64,000 nucleotides of DNA from Perna viridis (Eukaryota). The notes under the pieces are model-generated. The model made no database searches and was not told the DNA's origin. It saw only the letters and a list, made by a program, of their open reading frames with translations. The DNA is taken from NCBI GenBank assembly GCA_037379345.1, contig CM074511.1, positions 2,542,001 to 2,606,000 of the forward strand, in the 5' to 3' direction. A program made the translations under genes and the position numbers. Positions 23,901 to 38,900 of the stretch are shown here, piece after piece; the first letter of the stretch is position 1; every line of letters begins with the position of its first letter.

Positions 23901-26900
23901 CTTGTGAAATGAAAACCACTTGCTATTGTTTCATACGAAAAAAATATACTCCTACCCTTCTGGAAACAAAATGATTGAGATGGAAACACCCAAAACGCCT
24001 CAGTTTGGCTTAAAATCGGAAGTAGTTAATACAAGGGGTCGACATAGAGACATCATTCTTATTTAGATTCCAGTCAAAATAAAGCACTATAGATTAATTT
24101 TGCTGTGCCGAGGGGCCAAGAAATGAGCCTTACTAAAAAAAATTACTTTTTTGGGCCAGCGGAAACTCATGACCTCCTTTTTTCAGCTCTCATGTCATTA
24201 TTTTTTTTAACAAACTCTGTATAAGATAGCCTCATTTTAAAGCACAGTCACTCTGCTTGCAAATGAAAACAAATTGTGCTTTCCTAAACTTAAATTAAAG
24301 TTAAATTAACACTGCCATAACCAATAAAGAGGAAACAGGGCCAAGACAGGATAAATCTGGGTTCGGACGACAAGGGTTAATGACGAAAAAATTTAATTTT
24401 GCAAAAAAAAATGTGCTTTTAATCCGTTTTAACTACTTACATCATCAGGATGCACTACTAGCAGGATTAAAACATAAAATATAGTCAAAAGAACCCATTA
24501 TTTTTGCTTTTTTTTTTTAAATTTCCCCGGTCGATTCCTCAGTTTGGGTAAATTTCAGCAGTGCAGGGCCGGATCCAGACACTTTGAAGAAGGGGGTGTG
24601 CCAGCCGAGGTTCCCGGCTGAAAAAAAATGTCATTTTTTTGTCAATTCAAGTTACACATGAAAAGGACAAACTACTGAGATTTCCAATAAAAAGGGGGTG
24701 CAAATCCCTGCACCACCCTCTGGAATCACCACTGCAGTGTATTTGAAAAAAAAAATTAGGGTTATCTACTTGTTACAGATTAAAATATATCTGCTGCCCA
24801 TATCAAAGGATCTGGATGGGTCTTAAATTCTTAACACTAATTTATATCTGTATACCAATGAATATAATACAGAGGTTAAGTTAATTTAGGTTTTCAGAGC
24901 AATACTTGATTTTTACGTTTCTTTTTGTAGAAATCATCATTTTTTTTTTTAATTAATATAATGAGGATTTTTTTAAAACTATCCTAACTATTCTTTTATG
25001 GACTAGTAGTTCCGATTGAACTTCTGTAGTTTCATTTCCCAGCACCTTTGTACCCTAAATATACTATAGAGGAGATATCGGTAAAACCAAGGTGTTAAAT
25101 AGAAATTTATTTATAAATAAATTCCTGGTTAAACGTGAAAAGATTATCGTTAAAAATGTGACTTATTCCTTTAATTTTGAGTTGACCCCAATCCGTGATG
25201 TGCCCTTACTTCTGGAGAGTTCTGAGGTAGGGCGTGAGGGTGAGTGAGTGGGTAATCCCATTTGGGATTCAGTCGGCGGCCAAATCAGAAAATAGCTCCG
25301 GACACTGAATCCCAAAAAGGGATTAAGTGATTGGGTGCACTGTGTGCTCCAGAAGCTGTAGACTCCTGCATTATGGACCTCTCCTGGTACTTACTAAGCA
25401 CCCACAGCACTTAAATGCTTTATTTTACTGATATTTTTTAACACTCTGTGGTTGATATGAAATGACATAGTCTGTGTCACAGAAAAAGGACCAGATTTGG
25501 TGTAATGCACCTTTGTATAACCTTTACAAAAAATACTAAATACAGAGTTCACCAAAAGGTCTTCATAAGTGTCAACACACCTTAAAGTAAGCTCTGAAAG
25601 GTGTGCAAAAGTAATAAAATCCACAGCAACAGAACAATTACACTCCTTCAAAATAAACTAAACAGTCTAATAACAACATGAAGACACATTGATGACCAAC
25701 ATTGACATTAGGGTGAAGTCATTCATTTCTAACTAAGTATCATACTGCAAGCATAGCAGACAACTTGGAAATAACTTTGACAAACATTCGAAACGACAAA
25801 ATTAGATTTAAGGATATAGAAATTGAGAAAATCACCTTAAAACATGGATCATTCATCAATTATTTGTTAAAAATTTTGAATTTGATCTTGAACTTGATGT
25901 CACAAAGCAATGCATATCACAACAGCATGCCAGTTCCAAATTATAGAAAAAATGAGTTCAATCCAAAATATCAACATTTATTATAGCCAGAACTGTGTAC
26001 CTCCAATATAGGACATATATTTTGAGAGCATTTTATTTAATTAAAAATAAACTGAAACTCAAAATAAGATGTGTTTTGTAAAAAAGTTGTTCTAAAATTG
26101 CAAAGAAAGTGGTCATTTTTAAGTTTTTCAAAAATTACAAAGAAAATGGTCATTTTGAAATTTCAAGCTTATATTTGATTCCTGGTCTTCTCTGTGAGGG
26201 TTTGACGTGTTATGACAGCAATCATATTTTGGGAAAAAGTGGTTTATGCTTCATAAAATGTTAATTTGTACAATAGTTTAAAGAAATATGAGTAAATCTT
26301 TTATGACTTACTATACAGCTGATACATTATAAGGAGATCAAGTTATATACTTTTTATTCGAAGTTTTTCAATCAATATTTGGCAGTGAATGAAGAAACCT
26401 TCTGCCATAGGATGATGTTACATTTACATGTACAATACACATGTTGGTATTAAGTTGTTACATTTACACGTACATTATACACTTATTGGTATTAAATACA
26501 CTATAATACTTTGTTAATATGTAGTGCATTCATGACACACATTTCAAATGAACTGTACAGATCAATGTAGATTGTAATTTTATCAGAGGATATCTTCACT
26601 AAATCAGAATTAAATAGATAAATAATTCATGTAATACAAGTTATATTTACAAACTATTGGAGAAATTCAGATTGATTTTGTTACAAGTAAAGATTTATCA
26701 TGTTAAGGTTTACTGGTGATTCAGGAATCTTATTTTAATTTTTTAAGGAAGGTTTAAAAGAATTGGACTGTTTAGGAGTCCTTTATGAAGTGAATTGTGC
26801 AAGGCATGAACTTAGCCAAACTTCCTGAAGTGTGAACTGAGCCAAATTTCCTAAAGAATGAACTTAGCCAAACTTCCTAAGGCATGAACTTAGCCAAACT

Positions 26901-29900
26901 TCCTAAGGCATGAACTGAGCCAAACTTCCTGAGGCATGAACTGAGCCAAACTTCCATTTTCACCACCATAAAAGAAAAAAAATTTAGTTCCATTCACCTT
27001 TTTTAACAAAACTTGGGAACAAAAATGCAACAATTTGATAAATGAACTGTATACTTCTTTTGGATGTTGTCTCGTCATATTCATTTTTTTTCATGGTAAA
27101 ATGTGTGAAACAAGAAGAACAAAGTTTGTGTGTCAAATGTTGTATAGTGTAATAAATGCCACATAATTATATAAGTAAAATGATACATGTAAATTATATC
27201 AATGCCCTAATGTCGTCTAGCGCTATGTATTCTCAACAAATTTGTGAAGGATAAAAAATTGTATTTATTTTAACTGAGTGTGGTCTGTATGTGTATTAAG
27301 TTTTGTCTTTCTTTCAGGGAAGCAGGAGTAGATCTGGTTTGAGTGTATATTTAGTTTTGGTTTTATATGTCCAGTATGCATCAACACAGACTCAGTACTG
27401 TCAAAAGCCAGTCAGTGACCCAAATGGTAGGTAAAAAATGGCTGAAACTTTATTGTATTAATTTTGAGAAAACTGTTATTAAATGCTCTTCATAGTAGTC
27501 AGTTTTGTCATTTGATGTGTAGATCTGGTAGGATATTTATATGATGTCATTTTATGAGTAGATCTGGTAGGATATTTTATGTGTAGATCTGGTAGGATAT
27601 TTTTATGAGTAGATCTGGTAGGATATTTTATGTGTAGATCTGGTAGGATATTTTATGAGTAGTTCTGGTAGGATATTTTTATGAGTAGATCTGGTAGGAT
27701 ATTTTATGTGTAGATCTGGTAGGATATTTTATGTGTAGATCTGGTTGGATATTTTATGTGTAGATCTGGTAGGATATTTATATGATGTCATTTTATGAGC
27801 AGATCTGGTAGGATATTTTTATGAGTAGATCAGGTAGGATATTTTATGTGTAGATCTGGAAGGATATTTTTATGTGTAGATCTGGTAGGATATTTTTATG
27901 TGTAGATCTGGAAGGATGTTTATATGATTTATATACGTTTAAGTTCTTGTTAATGTGAGGAAAAAAGAAGCCATTACTGTCATTTAATGTAAGTTCAGGA
28001 TATTGTTATTGTTTTTCTAATGTTTTTTTCATCTTCCAACATTTACTTTGATACGGCCCTGTTCGTCATCTTTCAAGATATCATTCCCAAATTAAGACCA
28101 TTGATAGAGCTCATTTATGACTTCTACAGGATGACCTTGTGAAGAATTTCATCATCCATTCTAGAAGTTACCTCCCCTTTATTGGTGTTTTTTTTCAACA
28201 TGGTCAACATGGTCCCTAATATTCTTTTTTCAGGATATCATGATCATATTTGGTGAACATGTAGATGTCATCATGTTCTATTAGAAAATGACCCTGCTAA
28301 GGATTTCATTATCATCTTTAAGAGTTATGTCCCTTTAAAACAATTTCTTTCAATCACTCATACATGCATCTTGAAAACCATGATAGACAGAAACAGTCTG
28401 AAAATGGTTTCATGTTCATAAGCAGAAGACCTAATGAAGAAACATAAACATGTATTTTGTTACCAAACCATAAGGGAGTTATATCCCTTGAAATATTTGA
28501 AAACTTACATTTCGAGAACCAGAAGTTGTAGAGACATGGGACCTTTATCAATGATCTTTGGTCCATGTGACCTTTCATTTGCATCTAAGGTCAAAGGTCA
28601 TAGAGTGCTAGAAAGCCTTCCCTCTGCAAAGTACAAGCCTTGATGTTGAGAAAACAATAAGAGATAAAAGCATACATGCAGTGTATGAAATGATATACAT
28701 TTTGAGCCCTAATTTACATCTGTCTGACTGTCTGTTCAAAAGTTATGACAATTTAACTGTTGCACAGAATTTGGTGAGTGATCTTCACATAATTGTATGA
28801 CCTTGTAAGTTTTTTCATGGTCAAGTGATCCTAAGGTGTATGGTGTTAGTTTCATATTAGTTTCAAGTCTCTACAACCTCCGGTTCTGGAGTTTGTTATT
28901 GCACTATATTTCAATTACTTATTGTGCCCAAAATGAGTTTTTGAATTGCCCAAATATTTTGTCATTTTGTTGCATATGTTCTTTTTTTTTCTCATTAATT
29001 ACTTACCATATGAAAATGTGCACATTGAAATTAAGTACAATTTTTTTTAATAAAATTTTAGTAATGCGAAAATCAGTGAATGTGAAAATCAGATTATGTG
29101 AGCAGACAATTTGAAAATCTACATTCATTAAAAATTGGGTGCTGACATTGTTAACATGTATGAACAGAACCTGTGGTATTGATAGGGGCAGATAATATAC
29201 ATAATATTTATAAGTGTGGAACTGTTCATAATTTTGGCCATGGTTATGTCCAGAGAGACTTTTTACATATTTTTGGCAGATATAAAAATCAATTTACTCT
29301 AAAATTGAATAAACATGTCCATTCACTTACAATGAAAAAAAATTAGCAAAAGTACACAAGTGCTGGTTTAAGATATAATATGCATAAATTCTTTTGGTGA
29401 AGTTAATATGTTTAAAAAAAATTTTTGAGAAGGATCTGATTTTGAAAATCAAATTGTGTGATTGAAATATCTCCTTAACTATGCACAGTTCAGTTAAATA
29501 CATATACAGTATAAAGATGTGTTCTATCATCTTGGAAAGTGGATAACTAACTTATTAAATTGGGGAAATGAATTATACTCCCCACTTGCCAACTGGGGAT
29601 AAATAAGGATAGTATTGGCTGTCTTTCCATTACACAGAGGAGGACTCATCTTTTATCTGTTACTTACACCACTGAATGGAATATTATGAAACTTTCACAG
29701 AATATGTATTACATATTCCCACTGTGCTCCTGTTATTTAAGATTTTGATCAAAATCAATATGGGCATATTTATGAGTATGGGGATATAGGGTACCCATGT
29801 CTTATCAATTGCTCCTCCTACACCACTGAATTGAATATAATGAAACTTTCACAGAATCTGTATTACATATTCTGTTCATGCATACATAGCAAAACATGTA

Positions 29901-32900
29901 CTTTTTTATTTATGAATATGTGGATAAGGAAGGGGATGGACTGCATCTCTTATCAGTTACACCTCCTACACAGCAAACTTTCACAGAATCTTTTAATATG
30001 TGGACCTCCTATTTAAGATTTTGTTCTGAAGTTTTTTTAAGGTATCACATAGCAAAAAAATACTTACCATTCCCTGATATTGGGTATCCATCTCTCATCC
30101 ATAACACATTACCATCGTGCACCTCCTTTGAGGTTGCTCATGTTTTTTTCTAGCTTATACTCCCATTGGGACAGAGCCCTTTTTGACTTATTCAGTATTT
30201 TTTTTCAGCTCCTAAATTCCCAGAACTTCCACAATCATTCCAAACAAGAATTACAGCTGCCATAATAGATAAAAACTACACAATGTCTGCTGAGGAATAT
30301 TTTGACTTCAACAACAACCTGGCTTCGATGACATTGAGGAAATCTGGGGACATCTATAAACTGATTTTTGATTATGCCAACGACCAACTTTTTTATGTAC
30401 AACGTAAGTTAGATAGGAGGATTTTTCCTTGATTTGAAATGATCTTTTTCTTATTCATATCAATTGATACGCAAAAGGGCAAAAAAGTAAAAGTGTAAAC
30501 AAACTAACTCATTTTTTTTATTAAAGCCTAAAAGATTGATATACACTTTTATCAAATCAAAGCTGACACCATTAATTTTAGTAATTGGTACTCCTTATAT
30601 TGTATGTGATTTTCAGCGGACAACTCGTGTGTGACACATAACCTGACTAATGATGATAATAACCTACTGTTTGGATTAAACTTTGTCAAAGGAATACCCC
30701 ATGTATTTACTACTGGTGGAGTCTTACACTTTGCTAAGACGTATGGTGAGGTATGTAGCAAGTGTTTCAGATGGTTCATGGCACATTCTAGACATCTATT
30801 TATTTAAGTTATTTTGTTATATTATTTATGGTAACATCACTGGTACTTCTAGCCACACTCCTTTCTTTAAAGAAAAAATTATTATAGCTATAGCTTAGAA
30901 CTTAAATATCTTCTGTTGTAATTTGTTTAGATTAAGGGCAAAATTTTGTATGATTGACTGGGCTATATGGATGTCTACAATATTTCTTCAGAATATTCTC
31001 CACAAAATTTAGGCTGGGATTAATTCTGTGGGTTAAGTCTTGAACTGTTAAGTAATGAAGGACCAAAAAGGGGCCTGAAAAACACATTTTCCTGATGTCC
31101 AGACAATGATTTGGCTATAAGTAATTGGATCTTTTTAAAATTGTACCGCAAGGTACCATACTATCAAAGAAAGGCTATGATCAACTTTGTGGGCTATGAC
31201 TTGTACCAAATAGGAATCGGGGATCATAAAAGGGGTCAGAAACAAGCATTTTCCTGATATCCTGCCAATAACTTGAGTAAAAATGAATGTGTCACTTTTA
31301 AATTGTATTACAAGGTTCCCTACCTCAAAAGGAGACTGGGATTGATTTTTGGGGTTTTGACTTAAGAATTATGGACCAGAAAGGGTCAAATTCTTATCCT
31401 GTATCAAATGTCTAATCACAATCATAAATCAAAGCTGTATCAAGTTTGAATCAAATAATACCAAATTTGAGACATTTCAGTTGAGCAATAACCTGTAGAG
31501 TTGAATTATTGTGACTTTTTACGAAGAAATTGAAAATCCCATTTTTTTGGATTTATTGATAAATTCTGTCACAAGTCAAACCCCAGAAGTATTAACTGTA
31601 ATAATATTAAATAGAATCAAATAAGCCATTTTCTACTAAAGTATAAACACTTCAGGGGTATTAACATTGAAAATATGTCAATTTAAGCGATTTTTTATGG
31701 GATAAGAGTACATTTTTTTCATTTTACTTTAAAACCTAAATATTACTGCAACTTTTTTGATACTATGTCCATGAGACATTGGGTTTCATGTTGCAACCCA
31801 AAATGTCAATTTACTTCGTTTTGTAGAACATAGAAGTTTGAAGAATAAAAAAAAATTATTTTTGCCTCAACAAAATGATTTATAAATGGAAGGAATAAGG
31901 GTAGCTGAAAATCATTTTTGGTTGAGGAGTGGGGTGTGCATGGGTGTTATATCAGCCCATTTACTATGAGTTGCTTATAGTAAACAAATTCTGAGAGAAT
32001 ATTAGATCAATACTGATGTATGGCCAATAATTTCTATTAACCATCACTTAATTTGAACTTGAATTTATTTAACTATGCAGCTGCTGGTTTATATCATCAA
32101 CTTACATGGCCTATGTAGATCATACTTGTATGGCCATATATCTATACATCTACGTAGATCATACTTGTATGGCCATATATCTATACATTTACGTAGGTCA
32201 TACTTGTATGGCCATATATCTATACATCTACGTAGGTCATACTTGTATGGCCATATATCTATACATCTACGTAGGTCATACTTGTATGGCCATATATATA
32301 TCTATACATCTACTAATTAACAAGATGTTTAAGGATTTAGTATTGTATATTTTCTTGTTATAGAAATGAACATAGATGTAAATATTTTCAGAAATATCTT
32401 GGACAAACACAAGTACGAGGTGTATATGTTGACCATTGGCAGACATGTATGTACTGGGCACCTGTCAAAACTAATTTTACTCTGGATTACTACTTTGCAG
32501 GTATTATTACTATAATAAGATGTTGAGAGATGTACCAATGATGCCTTCAAAGAGTGTACTAAATGCAGATGGTCCACCAAGTTAAAACATTTATACAAAT
32601 TTAATTAATAGGTGGTGGGGGATACATGGGTGGTGGGAGGATACATAGGTGGTGGGAGGATACATTGGGGTGGGAGATACATAGGTGGTGAGGGATACAT
32701 AGATGGTGGAGGATACATAGTTGGTGGCAGATACATAGGTGGTGGGGATACATAGTTGGTGGGGATACATAAATGTTGGGGGATGCATAGCTGGTGGAAG
32801 ATACATAGATGGTGGGAGGATGCAAAGTGGGTGAGGGATACATAAGTGGTGGGGGATACATAGAGGGATGGGGATATGTAGGCAGTGGGAGGATATGTAG

Positions 32901-35900
32901 GTGGTGGGGGAATACATAGGTGGTGGGAGGATACATAGGTGGTTGAGGGATACATAGATGGTGGGAGGATATATAGAGGGTAGGGGACATAGGTTGTGGG
33001 AGGATTCATAGAGGATGCGGGACACATAGGTGGTGGGAGGATACATAGAGGGTGGGGTATACATAGGTGGTGGGTGATACATAGGAAAACTTGAAATGAA
33101 ACTTAAGAATCATTATAGTTTAGAAGATGTGTAGCTTCCTAGTCAAGGCAGGATGTTATTTTTCTGATGTAGTCAGTATTGAGTTCGCTTTGACATCCAT
33201 GATATTTAACCATGGCAACCTAACGAATGTAGATTACAATCTCGCTTTTCATTGGAAAACTGTGGCAGCAACCATGAAATTTAAGGCTCCATTGGGGACC
33301 TTGGTGTCCAGAATATTTTCGATCACTTATATACATGATTGAATTATCTTTAAATATTGTATACGGTAATTGGAAATAGTTAACTTGTTGAACCAATTAA
33401 ATAATTGAAATATGAAACATAGCACCGGCAGTGATCACACAGTTTACCAAATAAAATCTTAATCAGTTTTGGTATTAACAAAGCGAGAATTTGCATCGAC
33501 TCTTTTTTTAAAGATAGTACTTGTTTTTTGTGAGTTTGCTCCAAGCATTTTCAGTTATTTAGTGTTGTTAGGCTATCACAAGATGAATTGTTTCCCTAAT
33601 AAAGAATCTAATCTAACTGTATTGGTACGAAGGAATTTTAACAGTTGCAAAAACAAGATTAAATAATTAAATTATTTCTAATATTGGATACAACTATTTG
33701 TTGATTTCCTCAAACAATTTCATATGAATGTTTATTCTTATTAAATGTGAAGCTCAGAATTTAATGTATTTCTATAACAGACAGTTTGCTAGATTTTCTG
33801 TAAATATATTTTCCCACATTTCCATGATCACAATCCAGAAGCATTGTAATAAATTTTAGAAATATGATTTAGAAGCAGAGAAATATGTTGGTTTTACAGT
33901 AATAATAATATGTTTTAGTGAACACCTGGCAAACAGCTTCTGGTTGGCAGCAGTTACCTATAAGAGCTGAGATCAATGGTATCATGATTTTACCTGCAGG
34001 AACAACATATACAATTCATCATTACTACGACTATACTGATTTCAGACCCGCTGTTTATGCTGATCACTCTGTTTTTGAGGTACTCTATTGAGACAGTCAA
34101 TTGGTATCCAACTGCAATATTTAGAACCCAACTGTAATTAGTAGGGCTATTGCATTAATTATAAATAATTTTCAGTTCATACTTGGGAGGCAGACATTTG
34201 GCAGTGTCAGATCCAGGGAGGGTTCAGGTGGTTTTAACCAACTACCCATTTTTTTGAAAATGAGCAAGTAATAACCCAGACCCCTCCTTTTTTCTTGAAA
34301 CCCTTTAAATCCCCCTTTTAAAAATCTATGGATCCACTTCTGCATTACAAAACAAAAACACAAATATATAATGTTTTTGTAAAACCTTTATTGATTATTG
34401 AATGTATGTATTACAATCTTTCCATTTTCCTTTTTGTGAGGTAAGTATTCGAGTGTTCAGACTCAGTGAGATATATACCATGAATCAGACTACATGTAGT
34501 ATAATACAATGGAAAATCTTATATTGCTGTATAATTTTAATTTGATGATATTGTAGACTCCTTCAGGTGTTGTATGTCCTGGACGTAAACAAACAAGAGC
34601 TGTTCCACAACTAAAAAATGCCTTTAAATACAGAGAAGAAATTTTAGCTAATGGAGGTGTTCAGGAGGTTGATGTAGGTATTACTAGTGAATTGTAGTGA
34701 GATGTAGGTATTACTATGATGAAGTGCAATGAGATGTAGGTATTACTATGATGAAGTGCAGTGAGATGCAGGTATTACCATGACGAAGTGCAGTGAGATG
34801 CAGGTATTACCATGATGAAGTGCAGTGAGATGTAGGTATTACCATGATGAAGTGCAGTGAGATGCAGGTATTACCATGATGAAGTGCAGTGAGATGCAGG
34901 TATTACCTTAATGAAGTGCAGTGATATGTAGGTATTACTATAATGAATTGCAATGAACAGTCCTTGGTCCTTATGGGCCCTTAACCAGTGATAAATTGAA
35001 AAAAAAATTATAATTAGCTATAATTAAGTCAGTTTTTACTTGGGTAAAATCCTACTATACATGTTCATGTGGAATAGAATGTTTCCTCTGCATAATTTCT
35101 GATGGAAACCAACAGTTTATTTGCCAGGGTCTTTAGCATCTTTCCAGAGTCTGTTTTCTTTCTTTTGCAGGTATATTATGATCAAAACTACAACATGTTG
35201 AGATATGATTTTCGACCAAATGGACAGTTTCCTTATTCCAACAATGATGCAGCAACAGAAATACATGATTATAATACAGGTATAGATAACAATATAATAT
35301 AGGTATAGATAACAATATAATGTAGGTATAGATGACACTATAATACAGTTATTGATAACACTATAATACAGTTATTGATAACACTATAATACAGGTATAG
35401 ATAACACTATAATGTACAAGTTCCACTTAAAATTGCTGTTCATTTAATGTTTTCTCTTTTTAATGAAAACTACACTTACCCAGGCTTTTATAGTAAAACT
35501 GAATTATTAAAGACAATATCCTTCAATGAATTATGACAGACCATGATACCATTTTTTTCTTTGGTAAATAGAGAATCCCTAGTCACAGTCAAAGGTCAAG
35601 GTGAGCTGTTAATACAGTAATCTCTAATTCTCTTTGTGCTGCATTATGAATCCTCAAAATTTAATTATCTTTTTACATGTCCTTTATAAAATACTAGCAC
35701 CATATATTTCATGCTGGACACTTTATGTTAACAAAGGTAGTGTTATAGATAGGCACACATACCCAGAAGTAAGTCCTTTAAGGTTCATATTTGAAATACA
35801 TTACCTTTAATCAATATTTCTGTGATTTTGAAGGTGTAGCCTACGCCATAGATAAAGCTGTACAGAACTGCAGTATCATTCCTATACAGAATGGCTCCTT

Positions 35901-38900
35901 TGATACCTCCATCAATGTTACACAAGCACTGTCTACCAATGCCTTTGTTATGAGAATGAAATCACCTGCACAGATTTTCTTCTTAGATTCTAAATACACA
36001 TTTGAAGGACAGGTATGTAATCTTCTTTCTGTTATTTATAAGTGTATTTATAATGATGTTCCCTTTGAAGACCGTATTAATGGTATTCTTGATAAAGATT
36101 GTTCAGTCACAATATTTAGCTTTGTATTTATATGACTACAAAAAAGTTTGCAGACAAATGTAAAGATTCAGTCCTTGTCGTTGTTGTTGTCATTATCTAT
36201 AGTCTTACAGTTACTTGAGTATAAGTGTAAAGAAGTTGTGAATTGAACAATTAAGGAATAAAAGGCTAAAAGCATTTTCCTAACTTCTAACAATAACTTG
36301 AGTTTAAGTATATGCATCTTTTCGACGTACATTGTACCACAAGGTGACTTTCTACCTAAGGAAGGCTGGGATTGACTTCAAGAGGCCATTTTGATGCTTG
36401 TAAAAATCTTATCCTATCTCACTGCAATCTCAATTCAGAGATGTAACAAGTTTGAATAGTGCTTTAATACTTGTCCTAAATGTTCATGCTTCCACAATGA
36501 TAAAGGAGCTGTGATATGTCTGTATATAATGCATGGTTTCTTTTGTCTGAGCTTTTGTTATATTTCCTAATTATTGTTATATTCAAGGTCATTGTCAAGG
36601 TCATACCAAGATTTATTAGAACTCCAGTTTGTATCATTTGTCATAAACTATATCAGCTGATTTATGAAATTTTACATTCTAATAGATAATTAATCAAATT
36701 TTAAATATTGAGATCTACTATTTCATTTGGTAATTTTATATGTATATAAACAATATTAAGTCAGTACTTGAAAAAATATAGAAGATGCAGGAACCAACTC
36801 ACTCCAACTCAACTAACCTCTTTAACTATTGCCATAATTTCTTGAAATTAGGAAAGTCAAGCCTGATTTGAAAATCCATGGCAGTTTCCAGATGCTCTGA
36901 ATTGTTTGATGCACTGATTTTTGTGACATAATTAGTTTTGTTGTTAGTTTAGTTATTCTTTTTGCCAACAGTAGTGGTCAGATGATTTCCTTATTAACTA
37001 AGTAAGTAAGAAATCTTTATATTTCATACCATTTATTTATCAGCTGATGCACACTTTATGTTTCAGAGGTATGCTAGAGGATTGTTGTGTGACGTGTTTA
37101 TTTCTAATCGAAGTGATTTCACTTTAGGAGGATTTAAATTCCAGGCTATTATGGAATACTACTTTTTAGCTGTAAGTAATATTCTATTGATTACATTTTA
37201 ATCTATCCTCAAATTACAATATTGGTTCAAGTGAAACACAAATAACTTACCTTGAAAAGTACAATTTACATAAAATTTTCTATATTTATTTTAAAATGTT
37301 TGATTCAGAGGTAATTAAAGTACCAAAGAAGTCAACATACTTGATAATCAGATATTTAACCCTGTAACTGTTTGTTGCTTGTTATTACAATTGATAGGCT
37401 ATGTTAATCCTGTAACTAGCAAGTGCATGATTTCACATTACATATGTCATGTCAATAATTATCAGATCCTTGTTGTCACATACAATATGCTATGTCTACC
37501 CTTTACCTATCTAGTGCTTGTCGTCTCATTTGAAATGTTATATCAATTTTGTTACTGGCATGTGCTTGTAACATAAGATATGCTATGTCTTCTCTGTAAC
37601 TATATGGTGCTTGTTGTCACATTAAGATATGATATATCAATCCTGTAGCAGGCAGGTGATCATTGTCACATTAGATATGCTATGTCAACAAGCAGGTGCT
37701 TGCTATGTCGATCCTGTAACTGGCAGGTGCTTGCTATGTCGATTCTGTAACTGGCAGGTGCTTGCTATGTTGATTCTGCAACTGGCAGGTGCTTGTTGTC
37801 ACATTAGATATGCTATGTGAATCCTGTAACTGGCAGGGGATTATTGTCACATTGTTATGCTATGTCAGTCCTGTAACTGGCAGGTGCTTGTTGTCACATT
37901 AGATATCTTATGTGGATCCTGTAACTGGCAGGGAATTATTGTCACTGTTATGCTGTCAGTCCTGTAACTGGCAGGTGCCTTGTTGTCACATTAGATATGC
38001 TATGTCAATCCTGTAACTGGTAGGTGCTTGTATGCTTTGTCAAGTTTATATAAGTCTCTTTTATAATTTATTTATTCTCAGGATGGTGTGAAAAACAGTA
38101 ACAATGATGGTATTTTTAGTTCTGGAGGAGATGATATTCCAATACAGCTGATTGTAACACTTCCAGGGGTGAGTTTTTCCCTTTTATTCCTACCTCATAA
38201 TACTGAATTACCTAATGTCTAACATTAAATGATTGTGTAAAGGTTCATCTGCTTTCTTTTCCATCCATCTGTCTTTTTTTTCTTCAGTTTCTATTGCGGT
38301 ATGTAATCTAACAATGATGATTTGAAAAAATGATGACCTGAAGTTTAAAGCCTATTTGAGCTAATCCCATCGTTTTGTTAGTCTATGTTCACTATGATTG
38401 TCTATAAGCATTGTTTTTAACTGAGCAATTGCTCACCATTATCCTTAGGGTATCTACCAATTGCTCACCATTATCCTTTGGGTATCTACCAATTGCTCAC
38501 CATTATCCTTAAGGTATCTACCAATTGCTCACCATTATCCTTTGGGTATCTACCAATTGCTCACCATTATCCTTAAGGTATCTACTAATTGCTCACCATT
38601 GTCCTTTGGGTATCTACCAATTGCTCACCATTATCCTTAGGGTATCTACCAATTGCTCAGCATTATCCTTATGATAATTGAATGGCCAACAACTGCACAA
38701 GTTGTCAATTTGAACTCTTAAACTAAGAGAAAGTGAAAAATAAATTGGACCATCTTTAACTTGGAAGAGCTCTACAAAAGCCTTGATTTAATCAAAGTTG
38801 GTTGATGACTCCTTGTAGGAGTTATTTTCCTTGTAAGGTCAAAAAAGATATGTAGGTTTTAGCTGATTTCTTAAAAGTTATTATACAATTAGATAGAAAT

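Noticed and set aside
32075-33082. Repetitive ORFs (RRSYLYGHISIHL; Pro/His-rich)
   Set aside because: Translations of intronic minisatellites that are open in several frames.
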